Assembly (NCBI GenBank): GCA_029551395.1
Contig: JAKPFN010000140.1
Span: 177-64,176 of the forward strand
Source: Armatimonadota bacterium
GTDB lineage: Bacteria > Armatimonadota > UBA5829 > DTLH01
Reading direction: 5' to 3'
Length of the DNA: 64,000 nucleotides
Shown here: positions 58,466-64,000 of the stretch, one piece after another
Numbering within the stretch: position 1 is the first letter of the stretch
Layout: each line of letters begins with the position of its first letter
Translations under genes and position numbers: made by a program
Notes under the pieces: generated by a model
Seen by the model: the letters and a program-made list of their open reading frames with translations, nothing else
What the model was told of the DNA's origin: nothing
The model's database searches: none

Positions 58466-59103
58466 CGATTGAACGTGCTTCAGTTATCGAAGAAATTGAG
58501 CAGTTGAGGCTTTCAGCGCTTACATGCGATAAATGTGAGCTTGCCCAGACCCGCACAAACGTCGTTTTTGGAGATGGAAATCCCGACACACCACTTGTTA
58601 TCATCGGTGAAGGACCTGGAGAGAATGAAGATGCCACTGGTAAACCATTCGTCGGACGGGCAGGCGCGCTGTTAGACCAGGTGCTGCGTGAAAACGGCCT
58701 CACACGCAAGCACGTTTATATAACCAATGTAATAAAATGCAGAGCATGCATTTCTGAAGGGGGAAGAACAAGAAACCGGCCGCCAAGAACATCTGAAATG
58801 GCCGCTTGTATCCCGTGGTTGGAGCGTCAGCTTGAGATAATTCAACCGCTTGTTATTCTGTGCCTTGGAGCACCGGCTGCAAACACAATCATCCACAAAG
58901 ACTTCCGCATGACCCAGGAAAGAGGCCGGTTCTTCGAGACAAAATATGCCAGATATGCCATTGCCGCGCTGCATCCGGCTTACGTACTAAGGCAGGATGG
59001 AGAAATGTACGATCAAACACGCACATCTCTGGTTGCAGACATAGCCGCCGCCCGCCGTAAAGTAATCGAAGCCAGAAAAGAACCTAAACCCACGCTGTTT
59101 TAG
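58462..59103 (+). CDS. Uracil-DNA glycosylase family 4
   Basis: It contains CDKCELAQTRTNVVFGDGNPDTPLVIIGEGPGENED and GRAG. Confidence 0.85.
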   Translation: MTIERASVIEEIEQLRLSALTCDKCELAQTRTNVVFGDGNPDTPLVIIGEGPGENEDATGKPFVGRAGALLDQVLRENGLTRKHVYITNVIKCRACISEGGRTRNRPPRTSEMAACIPWLERQLEIIQPLVILCLGAPAANTIIHKDFRMTQERGRFFETKYARYAIAALHPAYVLRQDGEMYDQTRTSLVADIAAARRKVIEARKEPKPTLF

Positions 59104-59152
59104 TCTGTGGGACAAGATACTGTGAATCACTGCAATGTACAAGGCAATGGCC

Positions 59153-59183
59153 CATCGGTAAACAAACCTCCGATGGGCCGAAA
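59153..59183. terminator. Bidirectional hairpin (ggcccatcgg / ccgatgggcc)
   Basis: A perfect 10-bp stem lies between UDG and a candidate small gene. Confidence 0.5.
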
Positions 59184-59207
59184 TCTTATTAATTAAACCA
59201 AACAGGG

Positions 59208-59324
59208 CTATTTGCTACGCTTTTTGGCCTGCTCGCGAGCTTCTGCGATATACTTCTTATGCCGCTCGTCCGCGCGCCTTCTGGCCTTACGCAGTTCTTT
59301 AAGTCTTAATTTCAGCGCAGGTAT
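59208..59324 (-). CDS. Candidate small highly basic protein (~35-38 aa) with consensus promoter and SD but no AUG start
   Basis: On the minus strand, TTGACA-17nt-TATAAT (plus coordinates 59349-59377) is followed by AGGAGG and then (ATA)CCTGCG-CTG...LKLRLKELRKARRRADERHKKYIAEAREQAKKRSK. Confidence 0.3.
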   Translation of the reverse strand: MPALKLRLKELRKARRRADERHKKYIAEAREQAKKRSK

Positions 59325-59478
59325 ACCTCCTATTATGGATTGATGGCATTATATCCCTCTCAACCTTAACATGTCAAGTTGTTTGCAGGACTATTAAAAA
59401 GACGAGGAAAACCAAAAATCGAGCAAGTAAGCTTTTCTATCTTATCACCTATCTCCGGTTTTCCTCTTTGAAATCTCT

Positions 59479-62013
59479 TTATCTGCCGGATGAATCAGCT
59501 CTGTACCACACTACCAGGCTGCTGTGCTTCTCTCCAGGCCTTAACTCGACTCCTGAAATCAGCTCTCTACCGGTCATCTTGCGTTCCTTCGGCATTAACG
59601 ATTCGTCTACGAACTCCACAATGTAGTTCATCTCAGGATTTATGCCTTTCAAACTGACGATAATCCCTACCAAATCACATTCCTGCCGTCTGAATGCAAG
59701 CACAAGTCCTGCATCCATATCTGGCCGATGAAGCTGGTAAGCCGAGAACTGGTCAGGCGATGCATTGCTCGGCATCAGCGGATAGAAATCACCATACCAG
59801 TATGGAGCGTTCTTTTTAGCTTCCTCAACCAGTTTTTTACCTGTCTCAGCCGGGAATTTGGCGTTCATATAGTCCCACTGAGAGATACTCCCTGCGGTAG
59901 TGGAGCTTCGGAAGTCGTAAGGATCAACCTGCCATCCGCAGGCCATCGAAAGCGGAACATACTGCCCAAGCCCCAGACTCTGCAGTTGGTTCAGGTCTGC
60001 ATTACCTGCCCAGCAGTTGGTATCGCTTCTCCACATAGGGATAGACCGCATGCACATTTCAAGGTCTATTCTCCGGCCGCCGCTTGCGCAGTTATCGATA
60101 ATCAGCCCAGGATGCCTTGCCAAAAGGTCATCCCACATCTTATAAAGCCCTTGTATGTAGAGTATCTCCGTCATGCCTACACGGTCAGGTTCGTCGTTCG
60201 CCCGCCAATCTTCAAGCGGGTCCATATTGAAGTCTTGCCTGTAGATGTCCACTCCGTATTCCGTGATCCGCTTTGATAAGAGGTCAGTCATCCATTGCAG
60301 TGCCGCAGGTTCACCCAACTTGAATAAACCTTCATGAGATTGACGGTTCTCGTGCCCATAAACAAACTCAGGATGCTGTACGGATACATCAGTTCCCTCG
60401 CATACCCTTTCCGGCTCAAACCAGAGCATAAACTTAAGCCCCAGTTTATGACATGCATCGCTAACAGGTTTCAGTCCGTTTGGGAACTCCTCTGGCTTGC
60501 AGGTCAAGTTGCCGACACCGTTCGGGAATCCTCCGGGGAACCACGCAGCATCCAGCCATAATGTATCGCATCCTAAATCACAAGCAGCTTTTGCAGCTTC
60601 TATCTGACCTGCTTCCGTCCCCCAATCCGGCCTGCTCCGAGAGTAACGGTCGAAGCACTGCAGCGCAAATGGCAGTTGCACAGGCTGCCCGTTCTGTTTT
60701 GGAACATACTGAGACAGCATAAGCCTTCTGAATAAGTTATGAGCAGCCTGACAATCCCCTTTCCACGACATGACAAGTATCCTGGGGCTTCTAATCCGCT
60801 CGCCGGGATACAGCACGAGATGAGTCTTTTCCATTCCTGCCTTCACGCATGTAGCACCGCTGTAAGGCCGGTCAAAAGATGCCTTCCACTGGCCTGTCCA
60901 ACCTATTGCCGTTATAATCCCCTCGCCTGAATACTCCAGATTAAAGAATGGAAACGCGCCATTCGATGATCTGCCGCCATACGGAGCGATGTTGATGCTT
61001 CTATTTGGCTCGATTTCAGTGTCAAACGGTTGAAAAGTGCTGGAACCGCAGCTATCTCCCTGTATTTGATGCAGTATGACCGGCCTGCCTTCATCTTCAG
61101 TGCGTAAACTGGTATCCAGGGCTTGTATGTCCTCGATAATCGGTGTATTGGACTTGCCTGTATTCTCGAAATAGAGCACCCAATCCACTACAGGATATTC
61201 TTTGAATGCCTTGACCTCTGCAGTTACCCGCAGACCAGTCTTTGGGTCCGTCCAGTTGATGACCTGCTTAATATAGTCTGTGTTTTCATTGCTGATTGAC
61301 TCACATTTCCATCCCCGAAGTAACTTCGATGAATGTATGCCATCATATATAAAGGAAAAAGGCAGCCTGGTACTGATAAGACTATCATCCTGATTTTCAT
61401 CAAGCCAGAGAACGCTGCCATCTTTCATTATGAAACGCGCATCAGCCCAGTCAGACTGGTCATAACCTGCGCCATCATCAGTCGAGTACACTTTGAGAAT
61501 GATTTCCTCAACACCGGAAGGTATAGGCACACTGACAGGAACAGCTTTATCGCCACCGCGAAGGACTTGAGACCGATAAACCTCCTTGCCAGACATCTCC
61601 ACAACGAAATTAACGCTTCCATTCTTTCCCTGAGTGTCATGGTTGTTGTCTATCCCAACAGACGCTTCAAAGCGTGCAGCGCCATCAGGAACAGCGACAG
61701 CTATCTCGCTGTAGGCATGTGTGCCTAATCCATGCTCAAATTCCTGCTCCCCGATTTTGATGGGTGTTTTTAGACATGACTTGCCAAAACACAAAACTCC
61801 ATGATCCTGCTTTCGGACCACTACATCCACTTTGGGCTTAAGTGTATCAGTTGCGGGCAGAAAAGACTGTTCAGCCCATTCGATCATTTCTTTCACCTCT
61901 ATGCCTGAAGTTATGCCATCATATATTCCTGCAGATGAAACTGCAGCAGAAGATGCCATAAAAACAATAACTACCGAAGTAACCATCAGAGTCAGCGAAA
62001 CAATCTTAAGCAT
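59479..62013 (-). CDS. Secreted alpha-galactosidase (GH36-like) with N-terminal NPCBM/NEW2 domain
   Basis: It has a signal peptide. The NPCBM region reads GLGTHAYSEI...DWADARF. The GH36-like region reads IDNCASGGRRIDLEM...WRSD. The start was set at 62013. Confidence 0.75.
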   Translation of the reverse strand: MLKIVSLTLMVTSVVIVFMASSAAVSSAGIYDGITSGIEVKEMIEWAEQSFLPATDTLKPKVDVVVRKQDHGVLCFGKSCLKTPIKIGEQEFEHGLGTHAYSEIAVAVPDGAARFEASVGIDNNHDTQGKNGSVNFVVEMSGKEVYRSQVLRGGDKAVPVSVPIPSGVEEIILKVYSTDDGAGYDQSDWADARFIMKDGSVLWLDENQDDSLISTRLPFSFIYDGIHSSKLLRGWKCESISNENTDYIKQVINWTDPKTGLRVTAEVKAFKEYPVVDWVLYFENTGKSNTPIIEDIQALDTSLRTEDEGRPVILHQIQGDSCGSSTFQPFDTEIEPNRSINIAPYGGRSSNGAFPFFNLEYSGEGIITAIGWTGQWKASFDRPYSGATCVKAGMEKTHLVLYPGERIRSPRILVMSWKGDCQAAHNLFRRLMLSQYVPKQNGQPVQLPFALQCFDRYSRSRPDWGTEAGQIEAAKAACDLGCDTLWLDAAWFPGGFPNGVGNLTCKPEEFPNGLKPVSDACHKLGLKFMLWFEPERVCEGTDVSVQHPEFVYGHENRQSHEGLFKLGEPAALQWMTDLLSKRITEYGVDIYRQDFNMDPLEDWRANDEPDRVGMTEILYIQGLYKMWDDLLARHPGLIIDNCASGGRRIDLEMCMRSIPMWRSDTNCWAGNADLNQLQSLGLGQYVPLSMACGWQVDPYDFRSSTTAGSISQWDYMNAKFPAETGKKLVEEAKKNAPYWYGDFYPLMPSNASPDQFSAYQLHRPDMDAGLVLAFRRQECDLVGIIVSLKGINPEMNYIVEFVDESLMPKERKMTGRELISGVELRPGEKHSSLVVWYRADSSGR

Positions 62014-62318
62014 ATTGTCTACCTCCACACCTGCATAATATAGCCTGCTGGCTATACTGTCAACTGTCGACAATCAAAAATGTTGAAGATTAAGATGCAT
62101 AAGCACAGACCAGAAATTTACAGTTACATATCTTGATTTGTATATGATTGTCACAGATGTTCCTCAGTTGACTAACAACCTGCCTGCAAGCTAAAATGAC
62201 ACTGGAATAATAATATTCCGTGCAATAACAGACGCGGATTATTTGTTATCGAGTTTCTTAATCTTTTTTTGCCTCAATACGTGAAACTCGATATTATAGG
62301 GGCCAGGAGAAGTTAATA

Positions 62319-64000
62319 ATGGAAACCAGGGAAGCGCCGGTATCCAGTCCGGTGGAGACGAAAGAAGAATTATTAGATTACTTAAGGTCGATGTATGAGA
62401 TCCGTTTCTTTGAAGACAAGGTCTACAGCCTTCTTCGTGAAGGAACAATCAAAGGAGCATCGCACCTTTACGCAGGCGAGGAAGCGGTAGCTGTCGGCGC
62501 CATCGCCGCAATAGAAGAGAAAGACATCATAGCAAGCACTCACAGAGGCCACGGTCACTGCGGAGCTATTGGGAACAAGCACGCCAAGACTGAAGAAGCC
62601 AGACAGGACCACTGGAACAAGATGATGGCTGAGCTGATGGGCAAAGCTACCGGTTACTGCAAAGGCCGTGGCGGGTCTATGCATATTGCGGACGTAGAAC
62701 GGGGCAATCTTGGCTCTACAGGCATTGTTGGAGGAAATATCCCGGTAGCTACAGGCGCAGCGCTTGCCGAAGCACTGAAAGACACCGGAGCAGTTACCCT
62801 TTGCTTCTTTGGAGACGGCTCTACCAACACAGGGTCGTTCCATGAAGCGCTCAATATGGGAAGCACAGTTTTATGCGGCCTTCCTGTAGTCTATATTTGC
62901 GAGAACAACCTTTACGGTATGTCTGTCCCGTTCAACCAGAAGTCGGTCGAATGTGCTGGGCAGGCCAGCATGATTAAAGATATTATTGAAAGAGCATCAT
63001 CTTACGGAATCCCTGGCGAAATCGTGGACGGCATGGATGTTCTGGCTGTCAAGGAAGCTGTTTCAAGAGCAGTCGAACGGGCACGCAGAGGTGAAGGCCC
63101 CACTTTAATCGAGGCAAAAACTTATAGATGGTACGGCCATTCATCGAGCGACCAGAGAATCTACCGCACCAGAGAAGAAGAAGCTGAGTGGAAAGAGAAA
63201 GACCCTCTGACCGTACTCAGAAACAAGCTCATAAACTGGGGAATGGCAACTGAAAAAGAGCTTGATGCCATCCGGGACAAGGCCGAGCAGACCATAGAAA
63301 CGGCCACCCAGTTCGCTATTGACAGCCCCTACCCTCACGTTTCCGAGCTTATGGACGATGTCTACGTACCCGTGGATGTTGCCAAACTGGAAGCTGAGAA
63401 AAAGGCTGAGTCTAAGGTGCTGGACAAGGTTCACAAGGCAGAGGAAGAAATCAGGCAGATTGTCCGAGAGGCTTCAAAAGACGCTGCTAAGGCTGCTCTG
63501 CCCAAAATCAAGGTTGACCAGGCCAAGGCCATCGAAGACAAGTATGGGATGAGAGTCATCACCTATGGACAGGCTGTTCTTGAGGCACAGCGAGAAGAAA
63601 TGCAGCGTGACGAGACGGTTTTCGTCATGGGAGAGGATGTCGGCCTTTACGGAGGCGCTTATGCTGCTACTAGAGGTCTGTATGATGAATTCGGCCCCAG
63701 GAGAGTCATAGACACAGCCATTTCCGAGGCTGCAATCGTCGGAGCAGCAGGCGGAGCAGCTATGAGAGGCACCAGGCCCATCGCTGAGATAATGTATATA
63801 GACTTCATGACCATCGCTTCTGACCAGTTAATCCACAATGTAGGCTACAACCGCTACATGTTCGGCGGAAAGACGAAGGTTCCGTGCGTTATCAGGACGG
63901 AAGGCGGTGTAGGGCGCAGTATAGCAGCCCACCACTCCGAAAGTCTTGAAGCGATGTTCCTCCATGTGCCTGGAATCTATGTTGTAATGCCTTCCACACC
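62319..64000 (+). CDS. 2-oxo acid dehydrogenase E1 component, alpha and beta subunits fused (partial, runs off window end)
   Basis: The alpha part contains YRSMYEIRFFEDKVYSLLREG and the TPP motif GDGSTNTGSFHEALNMG. A linker follows, then a beta-type part MRVITYGQAVLEAQREEMQRDETVFVMGEDVG in the same frame. The track lists no ORF ending before the window end in this frame, so no in-frame stop is inferred. Confidence 0.8.
   Translation, partial: METREAPVSSPVETKEELLDYLRSMYEIRFFEDKVYSLLREGTIKGASHLYAGEEAVAVGAIAAIEEKDIIASTHRGHGHCGAIGNKHAKTEEARQDHWNKMMAELMGKATGYCKGRGGSMHIADVERGNLGSTGIVGGNIPVATGAALAEALKDTGAVTLCFFGDGSTNTGSFHEALNMGSTVLCGLPVVYICENNLYGMSVPFNQKSVECAGQASMIKDIIERASSYGIPGEIVDGMDVLAVKEAVSRAVERARRGEGPTLIEAKTYRWYGHSSSDQRIYRTREEEAEWKEKDPLTVLRNKLINWGMATEKELDAIRDKAEQTIETATQFAIDSPYPHVSELMDDVYVPVDVAKLEAEKKAESKVLDKVHKAEEEIRQIVREASKDAAKAALPKIKVDQAKAIEDKYGMRVITYGQAVLEAQREEMQRDETVFVMGEDVGLYGGAYAATRGLYDEFGPRRVIDTAISEAAIVGAAGGAAMRGTRPIAEIMYIDFMTIASDQLIHNVGYNRYMFGGKTKVPCVIRTEGGVGRSIAAHHSESLEAMFLHVPGIYVVMPST

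Noticed and set aside
1-64000. tRNA, rRNA, tmRNA or RNase P genes
   Set aside because: No cloverleaf-like or conserved RNA signatures were seen in any intergenic region by eye. A tRNAscan/Infernal run is needed for certainty.

Overview
This 64-kb window is a mostly housekeeping chromosomal segment from a bacterium that is probably Terrabacteria-like. A firmicute-style darA-holB pairing, together with two prepilin-type DUF1559 proteins, points that way, possibly toward Armatimonadota or the PVC group, but this placement is low-confidence. GC content is roughly 50%.

Core genes I can support:
- Peptidases: pmbA/tldD, an M24 aminopeptidase, an M14 carboxypeptidase, an M50 protease and a PBP5-type D-Ala-D-Ala carboxypeptidase.
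- DNA metabolism: recA, holB, scpA/scpB, a family-4 uracil-DNA glycosylase and a PD-(D/E)XK nuclease.
- Cofactor, amino-acid and central metabolism: pdxS/pdxT, dxs, lysA, kamA (ablA) plus ablB, a fused E1 alpha/beta dehydrogenase, a sirtuin and a dodecin.
- Translation and RNA: a pseudouridine synthase, two trpS paralogs and a stand-alone TrpB2.
- Secreted proteins: GH42-like and GH36/NPCBM glycosidases and a CBM9/CARDB-like protein.
- Regulation: a dispersed partner-switching set, comprising a five-PAS RsbW-type ATPase, a fused STAS-like/RsbW protein and a membrane GAF-PP2C phosphatase.

No tRNA, rRNA or CRISPR array was recognised.

The most unusual content, in rough order of interest:
- A Rad52-like annealing protein with a zinc ribbon sits directly after recA, where recX usually is.
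- Three tandem paralogs share a zinc-ribbon, Pro/Gly-rich linker, transmembrane helix and DUF4878-like architecture.
- A type IV minor-pilin operon ends in a PilX-like adhesin.
- An acetyl-beta-lysine operon lies under a MarR regulator and a truncated ECF sigma, with a decayed Na+/solute symporter inside it.
- The second TrpRS carries a C-x20-C-x6-C-x2-C motif like the Fe-S type described in Thermotoga.
- Two families of dispersed intergenic repeats are present. Family A is built from GAGTGAYGA and CATTCCG heptad modules plus a gcgtcggcgc hairpin. Family B consists of GGGnnAATTTGCAATTnnCCC palindromes.
- One family B locus is a ~265-bp tandem duplication that copies the 3' end of dxs.

Several ORF-track starts were corrected on the basis of homology and Shine-Dalgarno evidence.
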